A stretch of DNA of 64,000 nt from Geosiphon pyriformis uo1. Its lineage: Eukaryota; Fungi; Glomeromycota. Under the pieces are notes generated by a model, which saw only the letters and a program-made list of their open reading frames with translations, was not told the origin of the DNA and did not search any database. The position numbers and the translations under genes are program-made. Positions 1 to 13,000 of this stretch are shown here, piece after piece; within the stretch, counting starts at the first letter, position 1; the number at the start of each line of letters is the position of its first letter. The stretch lies in the NCBI GenBank assembly GCA_016748015.1, contig JAAOMT010000703.1, positions 310,001-374,000 on the forward strand. Reading direction: 5' to 3'.

Positions 1-1497
1 ATTTATATTTAGACAAGTTTTGAGTTAGTTAATAATAAATATTTATAACATATTTCTCTTTTCAATAGATAATTTGCTATATCTTGAAGTGAAATCATCC
101 AAATATTAAATAAAATTATTGTCTTATTATCTAATTTATGTTATTTTTTTTCTTATTTTCTTTTTTTTGTTTTGTGTTGAGTACTAATTAATAAAAAAAT
201 TAAACAATAAGATATTAATATTAAAAATAACCTGGTAAAAGACTTGGAAACAAGAATAAAAAACTTAAAAATAGCTTACCAAAAAAACATAACTGCTAGA
301 TTAAATCAATCTTTATGCTAAAGAAAAAAAATTGAAAAAACAACTATCAAGTAAATCTCTGTTTATTATACAAAAAACTTAATTTAAAATCTTTAAACCC
401 AAAAATCTTTAGAAACCATTTATAGTATTATTAATTATTAAGTACTAAGTTATGGATTTGTTATTTATTTTAATATTTTAAATAATTACTTATAACATTT
501 GGTGTTTCTTGTAAAATATAATCCAACAGAAAACAAATATTATTAACAACTATTCAGAAAAATAGCAGACCAAGAAATTATAGAAAAAAATTACTTAAAA
601 TTTGCAAAATTTTTATCCTAATATTATTAAATTTATCTTGAACTAATAAATAATTATTGGTCAATAGAATCAGTTTTTAATTTTTACATTAACAAAAAAA
701 TTAGATATTACTTAAGAAAACAAAAAAATTTTAATACAGTCATCAGATTTTTCTACAATAAACTGCTATAATACATTAGTTTTTTACAAAATTATAGCTT
801 TGTCTCAATAATTACAGATAAATTATAAAATTAAAAAATACATTAAACAGAGATTTTTTATTATTTTTGTTGACAAAAAAAAGAAAAGTTACAAATTTCA
901 GGAGAAACTTCAAAAAAAATACAACTGTCTATTTAAAAGAAACCAAAAATTGTTTTACTTATTAACCTATTAACTTATTATATACTCAAAAGTACTATCA
1001 ACATATTTTTAGAAGTTATATTATTATTAATTATAAAGATATCTATAACTCAAGACTTATTTTAAAACAATTAGAAAAAATTATAATTATTGAGAACATA
1101 TAGTTATTATTTTGAGAAACTTAAATTTTTTTTTTATTACATTTCACAAGTGAGATCTAAACACTACCTAGTATAATACATCAATTGACTAATCTAAACT
1201 AAGCATGAATCATGCATTTTCTACACACAACTAGCCATTTGGACCAATTAAAATCACACTAAACACCTATATGTATCAAGACTAAGTCTCCAACTTCTGA
1301 GAAAAACAAACAAAACTTATAAAAACCAAAACCAACACCAATTGTCTTAGCAATACTCAGCAACTTACAACACCCACAGAAAGCAATATAGACAGCTCTA
1401 AAACTGAAACTAAAGCCAAACTGTCACTAGGTATCATCTCACTCTTCTCTAAAACTTAAATTATAACAAATAATATTGTTAGGACTTTAATCACTGC
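1..1497 (+). mobile_element. Element Z: highly degenerate Ty3/Gypsy 5' part (partial 5' LTR 1-497, PBS remnant 500-516, ORF1 remnant ~563-1497); outermost element of the nest
   Basis: LTR end TATAACA at 497, then TTTGGTGTTTCTTGTAAAA (decayed TGGTGCTCCCTGTGAGG). Downstream sequence aligns by transitions to the ORF1 start of A/D/E2. Interrupted by a LINE at 1128 and by P at 1498. Confidence 0.75.
1128..1450 (-). mobile_element. 5'-truncated non-LTR retrotransposon (LINE) 3' end: ORF C-terminus, 3' UTR and poly(A)
   Basis: Poly-T run with TTTATT (AATAAA on minus) at ~1126-1138. TSD AAACTTAAATT at 1117-1127 and 1452-1462. Minus frame ends ...IGVGFGFYKFCLFFSEVGDLVLIHIGV* (stop 1259-1261). Z ORF1 resumes after the TSD. 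Assignment to ORF2 is from recognition, not a search. Confidence 0.75.
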
Positions 1498-2539
1498 TTT
1501 TATCAATAGAATTTTAATTATTAATTAACATAAAATTACTCTTATAATTTTTATTAATAATTAGAATATAATATTATCATTTTAATTATTATTTATTATT
1601 TAATTAAATTATTAAATATTACTATTTAATTAATAAACTGATTAGTATAATACACAAATTTAATAATCAAATTATGTAGTATACTAAACTCTATGACATT
1701 TAAGAATTTGCAAAAATTTGCAAAATATTTTAATAATTTACCAAAATTATTTATAGTTCATAAAAATAACTTATAATTTATCAAAATATATTCTTAGTTT
1801 GTCAAAATTATAACAAAGAAAAAGTTCAAGTTTATAGAATAGTATTATAACAAGTTGTATAAAAAAAGAACTTTTTTTTGAAAAAATATATTTTATCTCA
1901 ATTAAAATTATTTTATCTATCTTAAAATATTTTTACTTTTATCAATAAAATAAATACTTTGAAAACAAAATTATTGATTATTTGTATTTAAAATTTTCCA
2001 AAACTCAACTAATATTTTGAAATTAATTAATTACTAATTTTAGTAATCTGTTAGTGACTTCAAATTTGAACAGAAAATAATTTTTTTAATGAAATTTCTT
2101 TTTTTTTATATTTTTTATATTTTTTTTTACTTTTTTTATTATATATATTAGGATAACATACAAATAAAATTTCTGTAAAAGAGTTGACTTTTACAGCAAA
2201 GTAACTACACATTTTTAATGAGCTTCTAAATGAACAATTCTTGAAAAAAATTTGACTTTTACTGTAAAGTAACTATATAAATAACTAGCATAAAATTGGT
2301 TATTTTACTTATAAATATAGCAGTTCAAATTATAAGAATTAATTTGAAGATAAATTTAATTATTAGAAGTTTAACAACTTTCAATAATAACAAATTTACA
2401 GCAAAATAATATTAACAATAAAATTTTGATGTTTGGTCTAGTTTGGTTTAAGTTCAATTTGAAATTCATAAACATGTTCAGATTTAACTATTAAAAACAT
2501 TATATTATACTATATTATTATTTAATTTTTCTTTTAATG

Positions 2540-2740
2540 GTTTCTGCATTCATAATCAAAGACTCTGTATTGCTTTTATAGTTTTAGACACTAAGTAAAA
2601 CCTTATATTTGTAATCATATTTTTACCTACAAAAAAAATATGTTTAGAAACAACAGATGATTTTTAAATTGCCAAATAATTATAAGCCATATATACAAGA
2701 CAAAAAATTAGTGTTTAATGTGTTTAAATATCAAATTATT
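2540..2740 (-). pseudogene. hAT transposase C-terminal dimerization domain remnant
   Basis: Minus-strand translation FCLVYMAYNYLAI*KSSVVSKHIFFVGKNMITN...SKTIKAIQSL*L*MQ. Largely by transitions this reverts to the hAT pattern P.LA.MARDYLAI..SSV.SER.FS.G...IT..R..L...TI.A...L..W. Confidence 0.8.
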
Positions 2741-2931
2741 AATAAAATGTTTATTTAGATAAATATTTTTTTAATATACTTTTTATCATATTATTATATT
2801 CATTTCCTTATTTGTTATTTTTTAAAAATATAACAATCAATTTTGTTAAGTTTTTTTTTCCTTATTATTATCAAAGTCTGTTTTTAATATAAATTATGTA
2901 ATTAATACTATAGTATCATTAAAATTTCCAT

Positions 2932-3885
2932 AATTACTAAAGATTTTTGGTCTCTTTTCTAGAATGTTGTTAATACTTATTTGCTGTAAGTTATTAAATC
3001 TCTAATAACTGAATTTATTTTCAAATTATCTCTTATAATTTGAATTATTGGGCTTATAAGTGAAATAAACAATTCCATGCCAGTTATTGTATGTAATTAC
3101 TTTGTAGTAAAAATCAATTTTTTTTTAAAAATTGCTTGTCTGAAAGTTCACTAAAGATGTGTAGTTATTTTGCTTCGAAAGTCAACTTTTTTACAAAAAT
3201 CTTGTCTGTAAACTACTCTAATATTTATAATAAAAAAAATAAAAAAAAATAAAAAAAATACAAATAAAATAAAATTTCATTTAGAATTGTTTTCTGGTCC
3301 AGGCCTGAAGTCATTAATAAATTACTGAAATTAGTAGCTAATTAATTTCAAAAATTAATTGGGTTTTAAAAGTTTTCAAGTATAAATAGTTAAGAAATTT
3401 GGTTTTTAAGTATTTAATGTTTTTATTATTTTTTTGTAAAGTTAATTAATTCAAATTAAGATGATTTTAAGTAAGATAAGATATATTTTCTCAAAAAAAA
3501 AAATTTTTTTTTATACAACTTATTATAGTACTAGTCTATAAACTTGAACTTTTTTTTTTGCTATAATTTTAACAAATTAAAGATATATTTGAACAACTAT
3601 ATATTATTTTGATGAACTATTAACTATTTTAGTAACTTATTCATTATTTCAACAAATTTCTACAAATTTCAGCGACTTCTTAAATGTTATATAGTTTGGA
3701 ATATTATGTAACTTAATTATCCTAATTTCTGTTATATAAATTGGATTATTAATTAAATAGTAATATTTGATAATTTGATTAATTAATAAGTGATAATTTG
3801 AAATAATATTAATATGTGCTAATTAATAATAGAAATTATAAAAGTAATTTCATGCTAGTTAATAGCTAAAATTCTACTAATAACA
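2932..3885 (-). repeat. 3' LTR of O
   Basis: Colinear with 21960-22942; ends TAACA and is followed by the PPT complement. Confidence 0.85.
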
Positions 3886-6800
3886 TAATTTCTTCTTTAA
3901 AACTAAGCTCTATTAAAGTTTAAGTATTATCTGTAACATTAAGATAATAGTCCAAAATAATTATAGTAGTTTGGTCTGAAAATTATTGAATTTCAATTCT
4001 GTAAGTTTACCAATATATTGAATTTTTATTGGTTGGAATATTGGATTTTATAAAACATTTTCACAAATATTAAATAAGTTATAAAGTCTAAATGCTGTTC
4101 TGAGTTTATAATAAGTATTTGTAAGTTTAGCTATTGTTTTGAATTCATTGTAAATTTGTTTTTGTATAGCTTTAAAAGTAATATTTATTACTACAAGTTC
4201 TAATTTTCATTTATAAAGTGTTCTTTCAATATGAAAATATCTGTATATAAGAGTATATTTATTTTTCTGTTTATTAAAATATTACAGAAGTTTTTGTTAA
4301 ATTGTGATATTTGGTAAAATGTTAATAGAGATGAATAAAAGGTTTTCTTTTAAAGCTTGTTTTAAAAGTTCTGGTAATTAATTTTCAGAATAATTTCTTG
4401 TGTTTCTTCTATAAGAATAATAATTTTGAGTATTATTTATTATTGGTATTATAGTTTTTTTTTGGGTGTAATTAATTTGATTTTCATTAATTATTATGGA
4501 TAAGTCAAAAAATGTTTTTAAAGCTAACATTAATTTCTGGAATATTTGTTAAATATTTTATGGAATAATTATAGTGAAGTAAAATAAAGTTGTAAATGAA
4601 ATTTGAAAAAATTTAAAAAAGAAAATAAATTTCAAAAAAATTTGAAAAGAGAAAAATATGCAAATATTTTTGATATTGGGTTTTTATATTGGGTTTTTTG
4701 TAATTATTTACTATTTTTGTTTTATGTTTATGTATTTTAATGTTAAATTAAATGTTTAAGTTTGGTTGTTGTTTTATTATAACTATTAGTTCTAAGTTTT
4801 AGAAAATATTTTTGGAACTAATTAAAGAGGAATGTGTATTAATTTATGCAATTAATGGTTCAGAATTGTTTCTGGAATAATAATACTTTAATTGATCTCT
4901 ATATACAACTTTTGTTAAGACTTTGTTATTAAGTTTTAACTTATATAATCTATTGTCTAGAATTTTGTAAATATAAAATGGTTTATCTTATTTATGTTCA
5001 AATTTTCTATTCTATTGTTTTTTAGTCTTAGTTTTGTGTAAAAAAACTTTGTTTCTAAATTTAAATTTGTTGGTAATTAGTAGTAATTTATTATTATGTT
5101 ATTCTTTTTGTTGAGCTTGAAAGTATTTAATGTAGATGGCTGTTATTTGTTGTTTCCCTTCTAAAATACTAAAAAGAGTATAGGCTCTTTGTTAAAATGT
5201 TTTTTAAAAGTTTTCTTCATTAATTAATTATATGAAATATGTTTCTACAATAAAATTAATTAGTAATATTGCTGTTTTTCCATAAATTAAATCAAAAAAT
5301 GTGTATTTTATGGTATCTTGTTTTAGTGTTCTGTATGCTAATAATACTGATGAAATAAAAATATCTTATTTCTGCTCAAAATCAGTTGAGACTTTAGCTA
5401 ATGATTCACACAATGTTTGGTTGAAATGTTTCATTAATCTATTTGTTTATAGATAATATGATGATAATAAGAGTCATTTAATATTGAATTGTTTACAAAT
5501 TTTTGTATTAAGTTGTTTATAAAATGTATTTTTTGATTGAATAAAAATTCAATTGAACATTTATGTCTACAAATAATGTCTTCATAAATGAAATTTGTTA
5601 TTGATTTTGCACTTGTTCTTTAAATAGCTCTGACTTTAGACCATTTGGTAAAGTAGTTTACAGCAATTATAATATAATAATTTCTTTGAGTGGTAATAAG
5701 TAGTGGTTTAACTAAATTGATTTCTATTCTGTCAAATAGTTGTTCAACTTTGATTGAATTTAAAAGTTCAATGGATCAAATTTTTTTTTAACAATTATTA
5801 TATGATTTTATATACTGTTGAATGTTTTGGTATATATAAGACCAAAAATAATGTTTTAATGTCTTTTATACTGTTTTTTTCTAAGTGTTCTAATAAAGAA
5901 TCTGTATACATATTATATAAGATTGTTTTTATTTTATTTTATTAGACTAATCTGAATAAATTTGTTAAATTTTGGTGGTTTTTATAATAAATTTTGTTAT
6001 AATACAGAAAGTATTATTTGAATTAGTATTATAATTAGTGTTTTTTAGCTGAAAACCAATTTTCTGGTATTTTGAAAGTTTTTAAATAGTTTTTAATATT
6101 GTTGTAGTTTTTGGAATTTATTGTTTTATTTATTAATTGTTGTTGGATTGGTAATTTGTTTAATTCTAATCTTGTCTTATCTTAAAAAAACTATCTATAT
6201 TTATATATAATTTGTCTAGTTTGTGATAAACAATATATTTGTAGTTTGCTAAAAAATTAAACCATCAAGATTGTTTGGTACTAAGTTCAGAGTTTTTTTT
6301 GTTAAGCTATTTATAACTAATATTATTTATGATGATATCAAATTTTGGTCTATTTTGGAAGTATTGTTGAAAATGTTTCAAAGCCCAAATAATAGTTGCT
6401 GTTTTTAATTCAGTAAACCTATATTTGAGTTTAATTGGTTTAAGAGTTTTACTGGCATAAGTAATTACTTATTTATTGCCATTGTTATTCAATTATGATA
6501 GAATGGCACTAAAAGTTATATGTGAAGCATTGGTGGTTAACTGAAACCTTTTACTAAAATCTGGATAAGCAAAAATTGGAACTGTAATAAGTTTTTTTTT
6601 AAAGATGTTAAATATTTATTGTTAAATTTGTGTCTATTAATATTTCACATCTTTGTTAGTCAAATAGTTGAGTGGTTTAGTAATTTCAAAAAATTTTTTA
6701 ATAAACTTTTAATAATAAGAAATTAATCTTATGAATTCTTTTAATTCTGTAGTATTTTGGGAAACTTAAAAATTTTTAACAATACTAATTGTTCTTGGAT

Positions 6801-6997
6801 TAAATTGGACTCCATTTTTGCTGACAATATGTTCAAGAAAGATTAAACTTGTTTTTCCAAAATAACACTTTTCAATGTTTAATTTTAATCCTGCTTTTTG
6901 TAATTGTCAAAAAAATTTTTGTAGATAGATTAAATAGACTTTAAAACTTGAGAAGTATATATTAGTGTTATTTAAGTAAACAACTATTAATTGCCAT

Positions 6998-7867
6998 TGT
7001 TACAGGTGATTATTTCTGCAGTTGAATTAAATAACAAACCTGTAACTTGGTGCTCAAAAGCTATTTCCATTGATGATGTTCTGTAAGTGTTGTATCTGAA
7101 GGTTTTGATGGATCTGAAGGTTTTGGTTGAGTTCTTTGTATAATGGACAGAGATTCAATAGTATCAATAATAGATGTATCTTTCCAAGAGTTTTCCCAAT
7201 TTCTTTCTCAGCATGGTGGCCGGATTTAGTCTGGCAGTTGTGCCCTTCTGGTAAGCTATCTGATAATATATAAAATTCTATTCTTATTTCTGGGTTTTTT
7301 ACCAGGCTATCCTTGACATCAATAACTCAGCACTTAATCCTTTTAATCAGTTAGTATACAACAACAAATCAAAATAAAATAAAGAAAAAGAAATAAAAGA
7401 AAAATAAAAAAAGCAAGAAATAAGCCAAGGCGATTTTGCAGATTAGTATCTTGTCAATAGCCGTGATCAAGAGCTATTGTTCCAGTGTGGTTAAGTATCA
7501 ATTACTATTAACATAAAGTGTTAATAGTGGAGAGTGGGTTGAGATATGGAATAATTATTTATTTGATGATTGTGTTTTCTAGGCTAAGGATTCTGTGGTA
7601 TTGATTCTGTCTTTTCTGTTTCTAATACTACTGCTATATATACATAATTGAGATTCTTCAATTCCTCGATTCTTCACAACAGAAATTCTGGAATTCCTGG
7701 AATCCTGCAATTCCTTTGAGAGGAATTCTGGAATCCTGGAATCCTGTAATTCCTCATCGAGAATCCTGAAATTCCTGAGAGGAATCCTGGAATTCCACAT
7801 TTACTATGCTTACTTCTGATTGGCTAATAATTATGCTAATATATTTTCTATATTTCTATAAGTAACA
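6998..7867 (-). repeat. 3' LTR of A
   Basis: 870 bp, TG...CA ends, direct repeat of 16292-17178. Confidence 0.97.
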
Positions 7868-7881
7868 TTATTCTCTCCTTT
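7868..7881 (-). promoter_or_regulatory. Polypurine tract of A (AAAGGAGAGAATAA)
   Basis: Purine run abutting the 3' LTR. Equivalents at B 25163-25176, C 46445-46457 and G ~37380-37393. Confidence 0.9.
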
Positions 7882-8541
7882 TTAATATTGAGCTCCGTCA
7901 AAATCTAACTCATGTAATTCCTCTTCTTAAAGTATTTTCTGGATTTCGTTTTCGAGAATTACTTGTGTTATTTGGGTTTGTAATTTTTCAAATTGAGCAT
8001 TGGTGATTTTCCTCAGTTGATTACTGGTAACCATATCCATTGCTCTGTTGTGTAATATTTCTGGTTTATCTTGAAATGCTGTATGTATTTGGTATATGGC
8101 TCAGGCTTGTGTAAATAAGTTGTTCTTTCCCACAAAATGTTTTAATTGTTGTAGTATTCTTTTGTCAAATAATTGCTTTGTTTTATTTGTATATAGATTC
8201 TGAATATTTACGTGTTGTCCTAAGTAGATATAACAATAGTTTCGTGAGAATTGTTGTATCCACCAATTCCAAGTTTCTTTAGTCAACTCTTGATATAGTG
8301 ACTCTTTTGTCAATTTTTTTATTACTAATTTTACTTTCACCATAATTTTGTCCACGGTATTTTCAGTTTTCTTCTGTGTTCTGAGTTGAAATGTTTTTCT
8401 AGTATCTTGATATCGAATGGTTTGTTGATTAATTGTAATCTCTATTTCCTGGTGTTGGATTAATTGAAAGAGTTGTTGTGCTAGTGAGTAAATGTTGTCT
8501 GTAATTTCCATTTTTCTGATATTTTCTGTTGCGTCTATCAT
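7882..8541 (-). pseudogene. ORF3 of A: ~219-aa protein of unknown function downstream of integrase (two premature stops)
   Basis: ORF 8101-8541 continues in frame through TGA (CGA in C) to TAA at 7882-7884, adjacent to the PPT. Colinear in B and C. Confidence 0.8.
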
Positions 8542-8565
8542 GTCTTTATATATTCTTTTGATGGA

Positions 8566-9948
8566 TCAATTTAACATGTTGTTGTCGATAATAATGATTG
8601 GTTCTAGATCTCATGGAATCTCATCTGGTTAGACTAGTATTTTCTGTACTCCTAATTGTGGAATATTACTGGTAGATGGTAGTGTGATGTTGTGATATGG
8701 TTTCAGTCAATCTTTATGTACTGCTTTGATTAAAATTTTGTTATCCAATCTTAATTTGTAAGCTCCATTTCCTAGAATTTTTTCTATGTGAAATGGTCCG
8801 TCCCATTTGGGGTCAAATTTTCCACTCCATTGTTTTTCTGCTTTGGTATAATGTAGTAATACTTTGTCTCTGATCTTGAATTCAACTGGTTTGTCTAATA
8901 GTTGACTATTGTGTCTTTCTTTTTGTGTTTCTTGTAACTTTTGGATATTATCAGCTGCTCTTCTTCGTTTGTTTTCCACTGTTTCCATTAAGTCATATGT
9001 TCTTTTTAGCAATGTTTCTTGAAAATTTTCCTCTGTTATTGGTTCAGCTAGATATGTATTAATTTCTCTCTCTACTGGTAATGTTGCTATTCTCCCGTAT
9101 ACTAATTCAAATGGTGTTGCTTGTATAGTATCTTGTTTCATTGTCCAATAAGCAAATAGTACTGATGGTATGAACAAATCCCAATTGTTCTGGTTTTCTT
9201 GGCTGAGCTTGGCTATTGCTTCACATAATGTTCTGTTAAATTTTTCTACTAATCCGTTGGTTTGTGGATGGTATGGTGATGATAATGGTCTCTTGATTCC
9301 AAATCTTTGGCTCAATTCTGTTAATGTTCTGTTCACAAAATGAGTTCCTTGATCTGATAATAATTCTTTTGGACATCCATGTCGACAAATCAAATTCTGA
9401 TGAATGAATTCGGCAATAGATTCTGCATCCGCTCTTTGAATTGCTTTTGCCTCTGGCCATTTAGTGAAATAGTTCATAGCTACTGCTATATATCTGTTTC
9501 CTCTGTTGGTGATTATTAATGGTCCGACTAAATCAATTCCCATATAGTCAAATGATTGTCCCATTTTGATTGGTCTTAATGGTTCACTGGGTCTTGTTCC
9601 TCCTCTTTGCTGACAAGCATCACAATTTTGAACATATTGAATGATGTCTGGGTACATTGATGGCCAATAGTATCTTTTTCTAGTTCTTTCCATGGTTGCT
9701 TCTTTGTGAAAATGTCCTGCTGTTAGATTTGAGTGCATGTTGAATAATATTGTCTTTTTTTCTGGCTCTGTGATTACTCTGGTTGGTTGATCTGGATCTT
9801 TTCTATTTTTCCGATAAAGTATATTTTGGTAAGTAATAAAATATTTTGCTTGTTGTTTGATACTCCTTCGTTTTGTATGAAATAAATTCTCCTTGAACTG
9901 TTGAGTATTTAGATAATGTTGTAATTGTTGATATTTTTGTATGTTCAT
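8566..9948 (-). pseudogene. Integrase of A, separate ORF (HHCC zinc finger, DDE core, GPY/F motif; no chromodomain)
   Basis: H..GH...CDAC, GIDLVGP, SDQGTHF, PQTNGLVE, WDGPF. Starts MNIQKY; decay stops near the C-terminus. Confidence 0.93.
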
Positions 9949-10011
9949 CTTTTGTTGTATTTTTCCGTTGGTATTGTTCTGGTTTTATTATATTTTTGGG
10001 TTGAAATGTTC

Positions 10012-13000
10012 TTAGATTTGTCTTATTCGCGATAAACTATCAGCATTTCCGTTGTCTTTTCCTTTCTTGTAATGTATAGTATAATTGTATGGTGTGAGTG
10101 CCATTTTCCATCTTAACTGTCTTCCATCTCCAAATTCTTGTTTTTGGAGTGATGTCAATCCCTTGTGATCTGTGTATACTTCAAACTTCTGGCTCAAGTA
10201 TTCTTTCCATTTTATGACAGCCCAGTATATTGCTAAGTGTTCTTGTTCCGGTGTTCCATAGTTCTTTTTGGCTGGTGTTAAACCTCTGCTGGCATATGCT
10301 ACTGGATGTTCTCTCCTGTCCAGTCCTCTCTGAGATAATACTGCTCCCAATACTTGGCCGGATGCATCAGTGGTGATAATGAATGGTTTGCTGTAATTTG
10401 GATAGATCAGCACTAAAGCTTAGATGAGCTTTTTCCTCAGAATATCAAAAGCTTCTTGTTGACTTTCTATCCATTCATATTTTGCATTTTTGTTTTGTAG
10501 TTGATTGAGTGGCTGTACTATCTTGGAAAAGTTCTTGATAAAACGACGATAGTAGCTGGCAAATCCCAAGAATGATTTCAGTTCTGTTATATTGGTCGGT
10601 ACTGAAAAGTTCTTTACTATCTCTATTTTCACTGGATCCGTTTTGATGCTGTCTTTGCTGACTATGTGTCTCAAGAATTTGAGTTCCATCTTGCCAAAAA
10701 AGTACTTTGTCACATTTAGCTTTAGTTCTGCTCTTCTTAGTCTTTTGAACACTTATTGAAGATGATGAAGATGATCATCAAATGTCTTTGAGAATACATT
10801 GGTGTCATCTAAGTATACAACTACTGATTTCTACAATAAGCCCATATAAACAATTTCTATTAGCTGTTGGAAAGTCACTGGGGCATTGGTTAAGCCGAAT
10901 GGCATTACTTCAAATTCGAAATTCCCTTCTCTAGTAGTAAATGCTGTTTTCTCTTTGTCAGCTAGATTCATGGCTACTTGCCAGTAACCACTGTCCAAAT
11001 CTAATGTAGAGAACCATTTGTTTCTACCGAAAGCATCGAATAATTCTTGTATTTGTGGAGTTGGATAACTGTCTCCACAAGTTATACTATTGAGTTTCCT
11101 GTAGTCTACACAAAACTAGATTTTTCCATTTTTCTTATGAACAAGTACCACTGGTAACGACCATGGACTCATTGATGGTTGAATTAGCCCATTGTCAAGC
11201 ATTCTGTTTATCTCTTGATGAATAATCTTGTGGCTGGCTGGTGGCACTCTGTATGCTCTTTGTTTGATTGGCATTGCATCTCCAGTTTTAATCTGATGCT
11301 GGATGATATCAGTTCGGCCAAACTCATTTTTGCTGGCAAAGATGTTATTGAAATTGTTGAGTAACATCTTGAGCTGCATACATTGGAGTGGATCTAAGTT
11401 TCCCATGTTCATTTGTTTCAATTGTTCTGGTTGGAGCAAATAATATTCGTCTCATCCATAGATTGTTTGTGATGTGATATCAACATATCCACAAAGTTGT
11501 GGAAAGTCTGGAATGGAATTTGATGGTTGGTCCTCTACTTCTGTGGTTAAATATCTGATGGTGGTTCCTTCTGGTATGCTGATGACATTGCCAGTATTGT
11601 TGTAGATGGAAATTTTTATGCTGCTATAGCTTTTGGCTGGTATGTGGAGATTGATCAACCCAATCTCTCTCAATTCACAAAGAGTTGCTTCCATTTCAAA
11701 CATCTGTTTTTGCTCCTTTTCTTTTCTTTCTATTGCTAACATGTACTGGCTATATGATGGAATAAAAATAGCTTGACCAGTTGAGATAATTTCTCCTTGG
11801 CCAACAATTTCTTCCTCTGCCATGTTAACTGGTACATCTATTCTACCTGTGGATCCGAATCCTTGTATTCCTCTCGCTGTTATTTCTAATTCCTCCCTCT
11901 TTCCCACTAATACTAACTGAGTTATTCTAACCAGAGGCAGGAATATTGCCTGTGCTATTTTTTTATTGGGCTCTATTACATAGGCTTTTTCTGAGTCATT
12001 TTGTAGCATAACGATAATATTTCCTACATATTCCGTGTCAATTATTCCTCCTCTTATATTAATCCCTCTTTTCGCTAAACTACTCTTAGATGCTAGTTGA
12101 ACCATGGTTGTTGCTGGAATTTCTAGTGCTATTTTCAGATCAATGCAGATGCATGAATGTGATTCCAATTTGATGGCATTTTTTCCTGGATATCTCAGAT
12201 TAAACCCTGCATCAGTATCATGTGCATGTTCTGGCATAATACCTTCCCTATTATTACTATACCATTTCAACTTTTGTTCCTTAGAGAGATCTGGTAGTGC
12301 AATGTATTGTTCATAGTTTACATCGGAGTTTGTATCTGAGTTGGAATCATTGTCATTGTCATTGCCTTTTTGAATAGAGCTTGAACCATTGTTGTCATCA
12401 TCATTGTCGGAGTTTGAATCACGATTGATCGGTAATTGTAATTCTGATGTGCAGCTGCTAATTGGTTCTTCCTTTTCTGGGATCGTGTAGATCATGCGTG
12501 GTGGTAGATTGTAAATGAGGTCACACTCATTGCAATACTGGAAGTCATAGGAAATTAGGCAGTATTGACATAGTCGAGCATTCAACTGCTCTAACCATTG
12601 TTCTTGTTCTTTCTTTGTGGGTGCTAATTCTTGATAGTGTTCGTGGAATTGTTCTGGGTCCAGGAGGTTTATGATGGGTTCGGCATCCCAGTCAAGCTCT
12701 AAAGGTTCCGAGGGGTTGTCTTTGATTGTTTTTATCTCTTTTGGCATCGCTTTTTCGATTTTTGCAAGTGCCATTTGCCAAATTTTGTCGTCGTCATGTG
12801 AGCAATTGTCCAGTTGCTGTACTGCTCTTCTCCAGGCTGTTTTTATTGGGGTTCTTTTCCTTACCCAGTCACTTATTAGAATTGTGTATTGACACAATAC
12901 ATCGCACGTTCCTCCATGTCCAGGAATGTCATGCCACATTCCTTCATCCAAGAGAGTCTCTCCACAAGCTAAGCATGGCTGATTGTCCCATTTCTTTACT

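Noticed and set aside
5754-5945. Small AT-rich ORFs as host genes (also 20286-20609, 57433-57636)
   Set aside because: They lie inside decayed elements or LTRs and show no recognisable domain.
7660-7800. GGAAT(T)CCT arrays as CRISPR repeats or heat-shock elements
   Set aside because: No unique spacers or cas genes; they are LTR U3 tandem repeats. Perfect TTCnnGAAnnTTC matches occur only in some copies and can arise from G>A decay.
7882-8541. ORF3 as an envelope gene or chromodomain
   Set aside because: No signal peptide, hydrophobic transmembrane stretch, furin site or chromodomain motif is visible.
11845-12237. dUTPase as a defence against the observed C>T hypermutation
   Set aside because: dUTPase limits dUTP incorporation and does not prevent deamination of genomic cytosine. 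dUTPase-bearing and dUTPase-free elements are both mutated.
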